A stretch of 64,000 nucleotides of DNA from Candidatus Marinacidobacterium sp. (lineage in GTDB: Bacteria > Acidobacteriota > Vicinamibacteria > Marinacidobacterales > Marinacidobacteraceae), in the NCBI GenBank assembly GCA_965220965.1, contig OZ244852.1:640001-704000 (forward strand), read 5' to 3'. The translations under genes and the position numbers were made by a program. The notes under the pieces are model-generated. The model did no database searches. It worked only from the letters and a program-made list of their open reading frames with translations, and was not told the origin of the DNA. Positions 55,866 to 64,000 of the stretch are shown piece after piece; the stretch's first letter is position 1; each line of letters opens with the position of its first letter.

Positions 55866-56891
55866 ATGCTTCGCTATCTCCTGAGCCTGTTCTCGCTGGA
55901 CCTCGCGGTGGATCTGGGCACCGCCAACACCCTGATCTTCACCCAGGAGTCCGGGATCATCCTCCGGGAGCCCTCGGTGGTGGCGGTGAACCAGAGCACC
56001 AAGCGGGTGGAGGCGGTGGGCCACGAGGCCTACGCGATGGTCGGGAAGACGCCCGGCCACATCCAGGCGATCCGGCCGCTGCAGGACGGGGTGATCGCCG
56101 ACTTCGAGGCCGCGGAGCGGATGATCAACCACTTCGTGATGAAGGCCATCGGGCGTCGCTGGTGGGCCGCGCCCCGGATGGTGGTCGGCGTCCCGCTGAA
56201 CATCACGCCGGTCGAACGGCGCGCGGTCAAGGACTCGATCCTGCGGGCGCGAGCGAGCGAGGTGTTCCTCGTGGATCAGCCGGTCGCGGCGGCCATCGGG
56301 GCCGGCGTCGACGTGTCGAGTCCGGAGGGCAACTGCATCGTGGACATCGGCGGGGGGACCACCGACATCGCCGTCACCTCGCTCTCCGGGATCGCCGCCG
56401 GGACGTCGGTGCGCGCGGCCGGGGACATGTTCACCCGCTCGATCGCCGAGCACCTGCGGCTGAACTTCGGTCTGGCCGTGGGGGAGCGGACCGCCGAGCA
56501 GATCAAGATGCAGGTCGGCACGGCGGTGCCCCAGGACGAGCCGCTTCGGATGGAAGTGCGGGGGCGGCACCTCACCCGTATGGCGCCGGCCACGCTCGAG
56601 GTGACGGACGAGGACATCCGGCAGGGTCTCCAGCAGCCGCTCAACGAGCTGCTCCGGGCCATCCGCGTCGTCCTCGAGCAGACCGACCCGGAGCTGTCGT
56701 CCGATCTGGTGGATCGGGGCATCGTGCTGACCGGGGGAGGGGCGCTTCTCCGGGGCCTGCCGGAGTTCATCGCCGAGGACACGCACCTCCAGGTGAACGT
56801 GGCTGACAACCCCCTCGACTGCGTCGTGAACGGGGCTGGCATCATGCTGGATCAGATGGATCTGCTCCAGCGGGTTTCGAAGGCGGCATGA
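55866..56891 (+). CDS. mreB: Rod shape-determining protein MreB
   Basis: 'DLGTANT', 'EPSVVA', 'RPL.DGVIADF', 'DIGGGTTD', 'GERTAE.IK', 'LTGGGALL'. Confidence 0.97.
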   Translation: MLRYLLSLFSLDLAVDLGTANTLIFTQESGIILREPSVVAVNQSTKRVEAVGHEAYAMVGKTPGHIQAIRPLQDGVIADFEAAERMINHFVMKAIGRRWWAAPRMVVGVPLNITPVERRAVKDSILRARASEVFLVDQPVAAAIGAGVDVSSPEGNCIVDIGGGTTDIAVTSLSGIAAGTSVRAAGDMFTRSIAEHLRLNFGLAVGERTAEQIKMQVGTAVPQDEPLRMEVRGRHLTRMAPATLEVTDEDIRQGLQQPLNELLRAIRVVLEQTDPELSSDLVDRGIVLTGGGALLRGLPEFIAEDTHLQVNVADNPLDCVVNGAGIMLDQMDLLQRVSKAA

Positions 56892-56958
56892 CGTCGCGGC
56901 GGGCGGCGGGCGCTTCCCGGGCCCGGCTCATCGCATGAGGTGACGCGGGGAGCCGGAA

Positions 56959-57813
56959 TTGCCCAGGCGCAGAGGTCACGGGGCCGTCCTGCTCGTCGTG
57001 CTCGGGGTGAATTTCCTCGGGCTCACCTACCAGTTCCGGACCGGGACCGACATTCCCGTCCGGAATGCGCTCACCACCGTGTTCGGCGGCGCGCAGCAGC
57101 TCGTCGCCAGCGGCTTCCGGACCGCCGGGGACTGGGCGGGCGCGATCCGGGAAGCGCGCGAGGGGCGCGGCCGGCGGGACGATCTGCGGTCCCGGCTGGC
57201 GCGGAAGGAGTGGGAGCTGACGGTGATGCGCGGGCTCCTCGCGCGGGCCGAGGGACTGACCGCGCTGGACCGCGAAGAGTTCGCCCTGCGGGAGCCCATT
57301 GCCGGTGAGGTCGTGGGCGTCGGGGCGTCGCCGCTCGACCGGACGCTCACGGTGAACCGGGGGTCGAGTCACGGTGTCCGCCGGGACAGCCCGGTGATGG
57401 CGGCGTCCGGTCTGGTGGGACGGGTCGTTTCCGTGGGGATCCTCTCCAGCCAGGTCGAAGTGATCACCGGGGCCCGTTCCGGCGTGGCGGCCCTCACCTC
57501 CGAAAACCGGACGCGCGGGATCATCCACCGCTCCACCCAACCGGTGGAGGCGGGCGAGGATCTGATCCTCGACTACGTGCCCGTCGGCCAGCGGGTGGAC
57601 GTCGGGGAGCTCGTGATCTCGAGCGGCCTGGATCAGTTGTTTCCCAAGGGGCTGGTCGTGGGCGAAGTCGTGCGCGTGAGCGAGGGCTCGGGAATGTTGC
57701 TCGAGGTGGGCGTCCGGGCCGCGGTCGACTTCGACACGCTCGAGCGGGTGTTCGTCCTCGACGCCTCGACGCCGGCTTTCGCCGATCCGCCGACGGGGGT
57801 CGCCTCGCCGTGA
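56959..57813 (+). CDS. mreC: Rod shape-determining protein MreC
   Basis: TM plus coiled coil, 'N.GS..GV', 'GLVGRV', 'SSGLD.LFPKG..VG', 'DF..LE.V'; follows mreB. Confidence 0.93.
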   Translation: MPRRRGHGAVLLVVLGVNFLGLTYQFRTGTDIPVRNALTTVFGGAQQLVASGFRTAGDWAGAIREAREGRGRRDDLRSRLARKEWELTVMRGLLARAEGLTALDREEFALREPIAGEVVGVGASPLDRTLTVNRGSSHGVRRDSPVMAASGLVGRVVSVGILSSQVEVITGARSGVAALTSENRTRGIIHRSTQPVEAGEDLILDYVPVGQRVDVGELVISSGLDQLFPKGLVVGEVVRVSEGSGMLLEVGVRAAVDFDTLERVFVLDASTPAFADPPTGVASP

Positions 57814-58349
57814 ACGTGCTGGAGCCCCGCCCGCGGCGTCGCGGCGGCGCCCGGTTCGCCGCGGCGCTGTTCGTCGGCTTCCTTCTCCAGACGGTGGTCG
57901 TGCCAACGTCGTGGGCCGAGGTCCTCGCGCCGGACTTCATCCTGGCGGCGGTCGCCGGGATCGCCATGGCCGGCGGCGCCGGCGCGGCGATCGGTTACGG
58001 CGCCCTCGCGGGGCTCCTCCAGGACTCCTTTTCCGGCGGATTCCTCGGGATGCACGGGTTTTCCAAGCCCCTGGTCGCGTTTGCGGTCGCCCGACTGGCG
58101 AGGGTGGTGCGCACCAGCTCCAGGTCGGCGACCCTGGCGCTCGTGCTCTTCGCGGTGGTCGCCGATGTGATGGTCCTGTGGGTCCTCGGCGTGATGGCGG
58201 GGGAAGGGGTGGTTCCCGGACGGATGGGCGCGATCGTCGCCGGCTTCGGGCTGACCGTTCCCGCCGGGTGGCTGGCGGCGCGCCTGCTGCGCCAGCCGAG
58301 GCGGGAGGAGTTCGGGATGCGGGAGGGACAGCGGCATGCTCCGGTCTGA
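57810..58349 (+). CDS. mreD: Rod shape-determining protein MreD
   Basis: Hydrophobic; 'G..AGLLQD.FSGG.LG..G.SK'; between mreC and mrdA. Confidence 0.85.
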   Translation: MNVLEPRPRRRGGARFAAALFVGFLLQTVVVPTSWAEVLAPDFILAAVAGIAMAGGAGAAIGYGALAGLLQDSFSGGFLGMHGFSKPLVAFAVARLARVVRTSSRSATLALVLFAVVADVMVLWVLGVMAGEGVVPGRMGAIVAGFGLTVPAGWLAARLLRQPRREEFGMREGQRHAPV

Positions 58350-60117
58350 TTGGGTCGCCACCATCCGGCGGCGACTCGGACTGCTCCACTATGCGCTGCT
58401 GATCGTGGCGGCGCTGCTCGGGCTGCGCTTCTGGAACCTGCAGATCGTGCGCGGCGACGAGTTCGCCGAGATCGCGCGCCACAACTACCTGCGCAGTGAG
58501 CGCCTGAGAGCCCCCCGGGGACTCGTTCTGGATCGGAAGGGAAGGACCCTCGCGGAAAGCGAGCCCTCGTTCGCGCTGATCGCCGACGCCCCGGGCATCG
58601 CCCGCCTCGAGGAACTCGGAGCGCTGCCGGATGCGGACGCCGGGGAGCTCGACGCGCTCCGGAGGCGCGCCGCTCGCGGGCCGGCCGTCGTGCGGACCGG
58701 CCTCGACTTCGAGGAGGTCGCTTACCTCGACGCCCGCCGCAGCGACCTGCCGGGGGTGCAGGTCGACTTCATTCCGGTCCGGCGATACCCGCTGGGGGCC
58801 GCAACCGCCCACCTGCTCGGCTACGCCGCGGAAGTCACCCCCGCGCAACTGCTGCTGGAGGAGTTCGTCGCCGCCTCGGACGGCGACATCGTCGGGCACA
58901 CCGGGGTCGAGCGGGCGTACAACACGCTGCTTTCGGGCGTGGACGGGCAAGTCGACCTGATCGTCGACAGCCGGGAGCGGATCCGCGGCGGGCCCGGGGT
59001 GCGGGCCACCGACCCCGTCCGCGGCGGCACTCTGCGGCTCAGCGTGAGCGGCGCGCTTCAGGAGGCGGCGCTCGCGGCGTTCGGCGAGGAGAGCGGCGCC
59101 TTCGCCGCGCTCGACATCGCGACGGGAGCCATCCTGGGGCTCGGGAGCTATCCCGCCGAGGACCCGACGCTCTTTCGTCGCGACGCCAGCGTGTTCCGCG
59201 AACTGCTCCGCCACCCGCGGACCCCGCTTCTGAACCGGGCGATCCAGGGCGGATTCCCGCCGGGCTCCGGGTTCAAGCTCATCACCGCGGCGGCGGCGCT
59301 CGCCGAGGGCGTGGTGGACGAGGACCACCGCGTCAACTGCACCGGCCGGACCAGGGTCGGGGGCCGCACCTTCCATTGCCACCGCACTGATGGGCACGGA
59401 GAGGTGAACCTTCTGAGGGCGCTCGCCGAGTCGTGCAACGTCTACTTCTACCGGATCGCGTCGCAGATGGATGTCGACGTCCTCGCCGGGTATGCGCGCG
59501 CGTTCGGCCTTGGCGCGCCCACCGGGGTGGACCTCCTGGGTGAAGTCTCCGGCCTCGTTCCGACGAGGGAGTGGAAGCGGGAGACCTACGGAGAGCGCTG
59601 GTACCCGAGCGAGACCGCCTCGGTCGCGGTCGGACAGGGGGCGATGGTCGTGACGCCACTGCAGATGGCGCGGGTCGTCGCCGCCATCGCCTCCGGGGGA
59701 AGACTCCTCAGCCCGGGCCTCACCGAGCCCGGCCCCGCCGGCGTCGTGGAGGGGATCGCTCCGGAACACCTCGAACTGATCCGGGCCGGCATGCGCGAGG
59801 CGGTGCTCAGCGGAACCGCGGCGCGCGCCCGGATCCCGGGGTTTGCGGCGGCCGGCAAGACCGGGACGGCGCAGGTCGCGAGCGCCGAGCGGGTGGCGGA
59901 TGAGAACGAGGACCGTCCCTGGGAGTTCCGCACCCACGCCTGGTTCCTGGGGTTCGCGCCGTATGAGGATCCGGAGATCGCGATCGCGGTCCTGGTGGAG
60001 CACGGCGGGGCGGGCTCTTCGGCGGCCACCCCGATCGGCCGGGAGATCCTGACGACGTGGCGGGACGAGCGGAGTTCCGGCGAGGGGGGCGCGGTTGATC
60101 TCGCTGCGGCCCGCTGA
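58336..60117 (+). CDS. mrdA: Penicillin-binding protein 2
   Basis: 'APRG...DR.G', 'RYP', SxxK 'PGSGFK', SxN 'SCN', 'KTGT'. Confidence 0.95.
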   Translation: MLRSDWVATIRRRLGLLHYALLIVAALLGLRFWNLQIVRGDEFAEIARHNYLRSERLRAPRGLVLDRKGRTLAESEPSFALIADAPGIARLEELGALPDADAGELDALRRRAARGPAVVRTGLDFEEVAYLDARRSDLPGVQVDFIPVRRYPLGAATAHLLGYAAEVTPAQLLLEEFVAASDGDIVGHTGVERAYNTLLSGVDGQVDLIVDSRERIRGGPGVRATDPVRGGTLRLSVSGALQEAALAAFGEESGAFAALDIATGAILGLGSYPAEDPTLFRRDASVFRELLRHPRTPLLNRAIQGGFPPGSGFKLITAAAALAEGVVDEDHRVNCTGRTRVGGRTFHCHRTDGHGEVNLLRALAESCNVYFYRIASQMDVDVLAGYARAFGLGAPTGVDLLGEVSGLVPTREWKRETYGERWYPSETASVAVGQGAMVVTPLQMARVVAAIASGGRLLSPGLTEPGPAGVVEGIAPEHLELIRAGMREAVLSGTAARARIPGFAAAGKTGTAQVASAERVADENEDRPWEFRTHAWFLGFAPYEDPEIAIAVLVEHGGAGSSAATPIGREILTTWRDERSSGEGGAVDLAAAR

Positions 60118-61216
60118 ACGCCCCTCCCCCCGACGGACCGATGTCGGGCTGCTGCTCTCGGCGTCGCTGCTCACGCTCGTCTCGATCGTCGTCCTCTACA
60201 GCGTGCTGGTCGGCGGCGCGGAAGCGGCGACCTTCACCGACCACGTCACCCGGATCGTCCTCGCGGCGGGCGTGGCGGCCGCCGCGTACTGGATGGACCA
60301 CCGCGTGCTGGCGCGACTGTCGCCGCTGCTGTTCGGGCTGGCGCTGGCGCTTGCGGCCTACGCCAACGTGGCCGCGGCGCTCCGCGCCGGGACCCGGCGC
60401 TGGCTGGACATCGGCGCGATCACGCTTCAGCCGGGGGAAATGGCCAAACTGGCCCTGGTCCTCCTCCTGGCCCACCTGATCGGTCGATCCGGCCACGAGC
60501 CGCTGAGCCGGCGCGCCAAGGTGGGCTGGTTCGTGGCCGCCGCGGCGCTGGTGCTCGCGGTGGCGGCGCAGCCGGATCTCGGCAGCGCGGCCATCCTGGT
60601 GGGTGTCGGGGCCGGCATGGTCTTTCTGGGGGGGCTCCGGCTCTCCCGCCGGCTGGTCGCCTGGGCGGTGGCGGGAGGGCTCGCCGCCGCGCCGCTGCTC
60701 TGGACGTTCGGGCTGCGCGACTACCAGCGCGCCCGCGTGCTCGCGTTCCTGAGCCCGGACAGCGACCCCCTAGGCGCGGGGTACCAATCGCTCCAGGCCT
60801 CCGTCGCGGTGGGTTCGGGCGGGTTCTGGGGGGCGGGCTGGATGCGGGGATCCCAGACCGCCTACGAGTTCCTGCCAGCGCCCCACACCGACTTCGTGTT
60901 CGCGGTGATGGCCGAGGAGTTCGGCTTTGTGGGCGTCGCCCTGGTGCTCGGGCTCTACGTCTGGCTGGGGCTGCGGCTGCTGGCGATCGCGATAGCCGCC
61001 GTGGACAACCACGACCCCACCGGTGCGCTGATCGTCGGCGGGCTCTTCCTGATGCTCCACCTCCAGGCGGTCTACAACATCGCGATGGTGGCGGGGCTGG
61101 TTCCGATCAAGGGGTTTCCGTTGCCGCTGATGAGCTACGGAGGCAACTCGCTGCTCGTCACCGGGGCGGCGATCGGCCTCGCGGCCTCGGTCAACCGGAG
61201 GAAGTGGCTGTCCTGA
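60095..61216 (+). CDS. rodA: SEDS peptidoglycan glycosyltransferase RodA
   Basis: 'RW......QP.E.AK', 'QPDLG', 'YQ..R', 'GYQ..Q...A.GSGG', 'P.PHTDF.F', 'P..G.PLP..SYGG'. Confidence 0.95.
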   Translation: MISLRPAERPSPRRTDVGLLLSASLLTLVSIVVLYSVLVGGAEAATFTDHVTRIVLAAGVAAAAYWMDHRVLARLSPLLFGLALALAAYANVAAALRAGTRRWLDIGAITLQPGEMAKLALVLLLAHLIGRSGHEPLSRRAKVGWFVAAAALVLAVAAQPDLGSAAILVGVGAGMVFLGGLRLSRRLVAWAVAGGLAAAPLLWTFGLRDYQRARVLAFLSPDSDPLGAGYQSLQASVAVGSGGFWGAGWMRGSQTAYEFLPAPHTDFVFAVMAEEFGFVGVALVLGLYVWLGLRLLAIAIAAVDNHDPTGALIVGGLFLMLHLQAVYNIAMVAGLVPIKGFPLPLMSYGGNSLLVTGAAIGLAASVNRRKWLS

Positions 61217-61239
61217 CCCGGTTCTGACGCAAACGGACC

Positions 61240-61735
61240 GCGACGCGCCTCCCGGTCCGGCGCGCCGTGCGCCGCCCGGAAGGGGCCGCCCCCCAGAAAT
61301 CGAAGCCGTGCGACGCGCAGGTCAGCGTGGCTGTCGTAGCGCAACGCCCGTCCCCGGGGGGAGGGTTCGGGAGGGGGTTTCCCCCTCCCGAGAGAGAAAG
61401 TCCGCTTCATCGTGACTTGACGCGGAGCGCAAGTCACGATGACGGCCCGGAGGGCCGTGCGGTGCGAGCGGCGGGGCGGCGGGTGGCGCTCGGAAGGAGG
61501 GCGCCCGGGGCTCGGGACGGCCGCCCCGCCGCTCGCACCGCGTGGATTCGAGGCGGAGGGCTCGGGAGGGGGTGTCCCCCTCCCGCAAATTAGTAATTTC
61601 GAATCGGAAACTCGCGCGCAGCGCAGTTTTCGATTCACGGCCCGGAGGGCCGTGCGTAGGGCGGGGAGGGCCGCCCCCCAGAAATCGAAGCATTGCGATG
61701 CGCATGCCGGAGCGGCCCCTCCCGCCCTACGCCCA
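61240..61735. repeat. Structured intergenic array of hairpin modules with ~195-nt period (REP/BIME-like element or structured RNA leader)
   Basis: CGGGAGGGGGT(T/G)TCCCCCTCCCG at 61368 and 61563; ACGGCCCGGAGGGCCGTGCG at 61442 and 61637; GGGCCGCCCCCCAGAAATCGAAGC at 61283 and 61668; additional long stems. Confidence 0.8.
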
Positions 61736-61816
61736 GCTCCCCCGTGCTAGGTTTTTGGGCTGGGAGACCCGAGCCTGGCTTTGGCCGCAACGGCCCGGTT
61801 CCCCGAAGTCGCCGCC

Positions 61817-63373
61817 GTGGTCCGTGAACTGATCGTCACCAGTCTGCCCGGCGAGACGCGCATGGCGCTGCTCGAGGACGGGGCGATCGTCGAACTCGGC
61901 GTCGAGCACCGGTCCGGGCAGAGCGTCCTTCACGGCATCTATCGGAGTCGCGTCCAGCGCGTTGTCCCCGGGACCCAGGCGGCCTTCCTCGACCTGGGCC
62001 TGCACCGGAACGGCTTCCTCCAGACGGACCAGATCCCTCCGGGGGCTGTCGAGGATTCGAGCGGGCAGGGCGAAGGACGGTCCGCCGGCGCCCGCCCCCG
62101 ACTCGAGGAGCTTCTCAAACCCGGACAGACAGTCCTCGTCCAGGTCGTGCGGGAGCCGCTCGGCCCCAAGGGCTACAAGGTCAGTTGCGATCTGCGCCTG
62201 CAGGGACGGTTCTTCGACTTTCGTCCGTTCGCTCCGGAGGGCGCCATCGTCAACCGCGCCACCGCGGGTCCCAGGGAGCAGTTGCGACTGGCCGCGCTGG
62301 TGCGACGCCGCACCGAGACGAAGGGGGAGTGGGCGGCGCGTCCGGCGGCCGAACAGATCGATGAAGAGACGCTGGCGGCCGATATCGCCCGGATCGAGGC
62401 GGACTGGGCCGACATCCGCAGGCAGGGCGCCGAGGGCCCTCCGTCCTGCCTGCGATCCGAAGTGCCCATGGTGTTCCGCTACGTCCGGGACGTTCTGGCC
62501 TCGGGATTCGACAGCATCCGGGTGGACGACGAGCGGCTCTACGGGCGCCTGCTCAACTTCGTGCGCCAGTTTCTTCCCGGTCTGGAGCACCGGATCCGCT
62601 TCTACTCGCGGAACTACCCGATCTTCCAGGAATATGGCGTGGAAGAGGCCTTCCGCCAGGCGACCCGGCGACGGGTGAAGCTCCCCTCCGGGGGCTCCAT
62701 CGTGATCGACCAGACCGAGGCGCTGGTCGCGGTGGATGTGAACACCGGGAGTTTCGGGGGCGAGACGAGCCGGCGCGACGAGACGAACACCGCCACGAAT
62801 CTCGAAGCCGCCGCCGAGACCGCGCGCCAGCTTCGTCTGCGCGGGCTGGGCGGGATCGTGGCGATCGATTTCATCGACATGAAGGAGGCGCGCAACCGGG
62901 ACCGGGTCTACCGCGCGCTCCAGTCGCACCTCAAGAAGGATCCGGCCTTCACCCGGGCCTCGCCCCCCGAGCCCCGGGCCGGGCTCGTCATCGTGACCCG
63001 CAAGCGCGAGCGGCCGTCGCTCGAGGCGGTCCTGCTGTCCGCCTGCGCGGTCTGCCGCGGGACGGGCAAGGTCGCTTCCGCTGGGGCGGTCTGCCAGGAA
63101 ATCCTGACCCGCGTCCAGAAGCGCGCCCGCGAGTTCGCATCGGGGCTGAACATCGAGGCGGCGCCTGAACTGGCCGCGGCGCTCCGGCGCTCCGGAGTGC
63201 TCCCCGAGATCGCCGGGATGCTCGCCGGACCGGTCCAGGTCCATGACGACCCCAACCTCGCCGAGCCCCGCTACGTCCTGGCGTCTCCCGCGGAGTCTCC
63301 GGACGGACTCGAGGAACTGGACGCATCCGCCGTGGTCGGCGAGCCCGAGGAATCGGCCGCTCCGGTGGCCTGA
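61817..63373 (+). CDS. rng: Ribonuclease G/E family
   Basis: S1 domain 'IY...V.RV.PG.QAAF.D.G', 'V.LPSGGSIVIDQTEALVAVDVNTG', 'TNLEAA...ARQLRLR.LGG...IDFIDM', Zn-link 'CAVCRGTG'. Start GTG 61817 (alternative TTG 61781). Confidence 0.93.
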   Translation: MVRELIVTSLPGETRMALLEDGAIVELGVEHRSGQSVLHGIYRSRVQRVVPGTQAAFLDLGLHRNGFLQTDQIPPGAVEDSSGQGEGRSAGARPRLEELLKPGQTVLVQVVREPLGPKGYKVSCDLRLQGRFFDFRPFAPEGAIVNRATAGPREQLRLAALVRRRTETKGEWAARPAAEQIDEETLAADIARIEADWADIRRQGAEGPPSCLRSEVPMVFRYVRDVLASGFDSIRVDDERLYGRLLNFVRQFLPGLEHRIRFYSRNYPIFQEYGVEEAFRQATRRRVKLPSGGSIVIDQTEALVAVDVNTGSFGGETSRRDETNTATNLEAAAETARQLRLRGLGGIVAIDFIDMKEARNRDRVYRALQSHLKKDPAFTRASPPEPRAGLVIVTRKRERPSLEAVLLSACAVCRGTGKVASAGAVCQEILTRVQKRAREFASGLNIEAAPELAAALRRSGVLPEIAGMLAGPVQVHDDPNLAEPRYVLASPAESPDGLEELDASAVVGEPEESAAPVA

Positions 63374-63388
63374 GACCGGAGGTTCGGA

Positions 63389-63823
63389 ATGCTCGTCCGG
63401 CTCGATGTCGAGACCCGGATCGAGTGGGTCGAGGTGCTGCTCGGCGTGTTCGAGAGGCACTGCCGCCAGTGCGGCTACGACGCGGACGCCACCCACTGGA
63501 TGGGCGCGGCGCTTCGGGAGGCGGTCACCAACGGGATGCGTCACGGCAACCGGATGGACCCGAACAAGCGGCTCCTCGTCCGGATCGAGACCCGCTCCGA
63601 CGGGGACGGCGGGCCGGCGGTGCGGGTTCTGGTCGAGGACGAAGGGGAAGGGTTCGACTGCGACGAGGTGCCGGACCCCCTGAACGAGGACAACCTGCTG
63701 AAGGAGAGTGGCCGCGGCATCTTCTTCATGCGCCAGTTCATGGATTCGGTCACCTGGTCCCGCACGCCGCGCGGAGGCACCCGGGTCGAGCTGCTCCAGC
63801 AGCGCGTGTCCAGCGCGTCGTGA
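63389..63823 (+). CDS. RsbW/SpoIIAB-like anti-sigma factor / Ser kinase
   Basis: GGAGG RBS; 'EAVTN..RHGN', 'DEGEGFD', 'SGRGIF.M..FMD'. Confidence 0.92.
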   Translation: MLVRLDVETRIEWVEVLLGVFERHCRQCGYDADATHWMGAALREAVTNGMRHGNRMDPNKRLLVRIETRSDGDGGPAVRVLVEDEGEGFDCDEVPDPLNEDNLLKESGRGIFFMRQFMDSVTWSRTPRGGTRVELLQQRVSSAS

Positions 63824-64000
63824 ACACGGCTCCCGGCCGCGCCTGCGTCGAGGCCTGCTCGGCCGGGGCCCGCGTGATTCGCGAGGCGCACGCCGCCCGC
63901 CTGGCGGACCCGGGGACGGGACGCTTCTCGGTGGATCGGAAGAGCCGCATCGACCTGGTCACCTCGGTGGATCACGAGGCGGAGAGCGCGGTGGTCGCGA
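63820..64000 (+). CDS. Inositol monophosphatase family (SuhB-like), 3'-truncated
   Basis: GTG overlaps upstream TGA; translation MNTAPGRACVEACSAGARVIRE...RKSRIDLVTSVDHEAESAV matches the IMPase 'K...DLVT..D...E' motif. Confidence 0.8.
   Translation, partial: MNTAPGRACVEACSAGARVIREAHAARLADPGTGRFSVDRKSRIDLVTSVDHEAESAVVA

Noticed and set aside
61240-61735. CRISPR array interpretation of the intergenic repeats
   Set aside because: Only two copies of each motif, a 195-nt period, self-complementary 'spacers', and no cas genes.
61135-61832. Short ORFs spanning the rodA-rng intergenic region
   Set aside because: No RBS or motifs; they overlap palindromic repeats and are better explained as non-coding structure.

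Overview
Very GC-rich (roughly 70% or more by eye), densely coding bacterial chromosome segment. The gene content and the MreB motif variant suggest Acidobacteriota or a similar lineage (inference only). No rRNA, tRNA, CRISPR array or intact transposase/integrase was seen. The left ~46 kb is rich in exported or lipoprotein hydrolases (S9 and M28 peptidases, GH63-like glycosidase, creatininase, GGT, glycosylasparaginase, acetamidase, amidohydrolase, sulfatase-like) and transporters (MATE, ABC/FtsX, EamA, TonB receptor, TPAT-type TRAP). The right ~18 kb is housekeeping: nnrDE-tsaE, tatA, moeA-moaC-larE, ppiD, mreBCD-mrdA-rodA, rng/rne, rsbW-like, suhB-like. Most notable: (1) an orphan EhpF/GriC-like adenylating enzyme plus an EhpG/GriD-like ALDH-fold protein (a putative two-component carboxylate reductase), clustered with a CxxC-bearing GT4 glycosyltransferase and an ABC/FtsX exporter but no phenazine or aminohydroxybenzoate genes; (2) a RelA/SpoT-domain gene split by a 182-bp MITE whose removal restores the frame, plus a poly-G frameshift; (3) a ~195-nt-period hairpin array upstream of rng/rne that conserves structure while part of the sequence varies; (4) an unannotated 52-aa membrane ORF duplicating the TatA N-terminus, coupled to tatA; (5) a DksA-type C4 zinc finger fused to an RNase Z-like MBL hydrolase.
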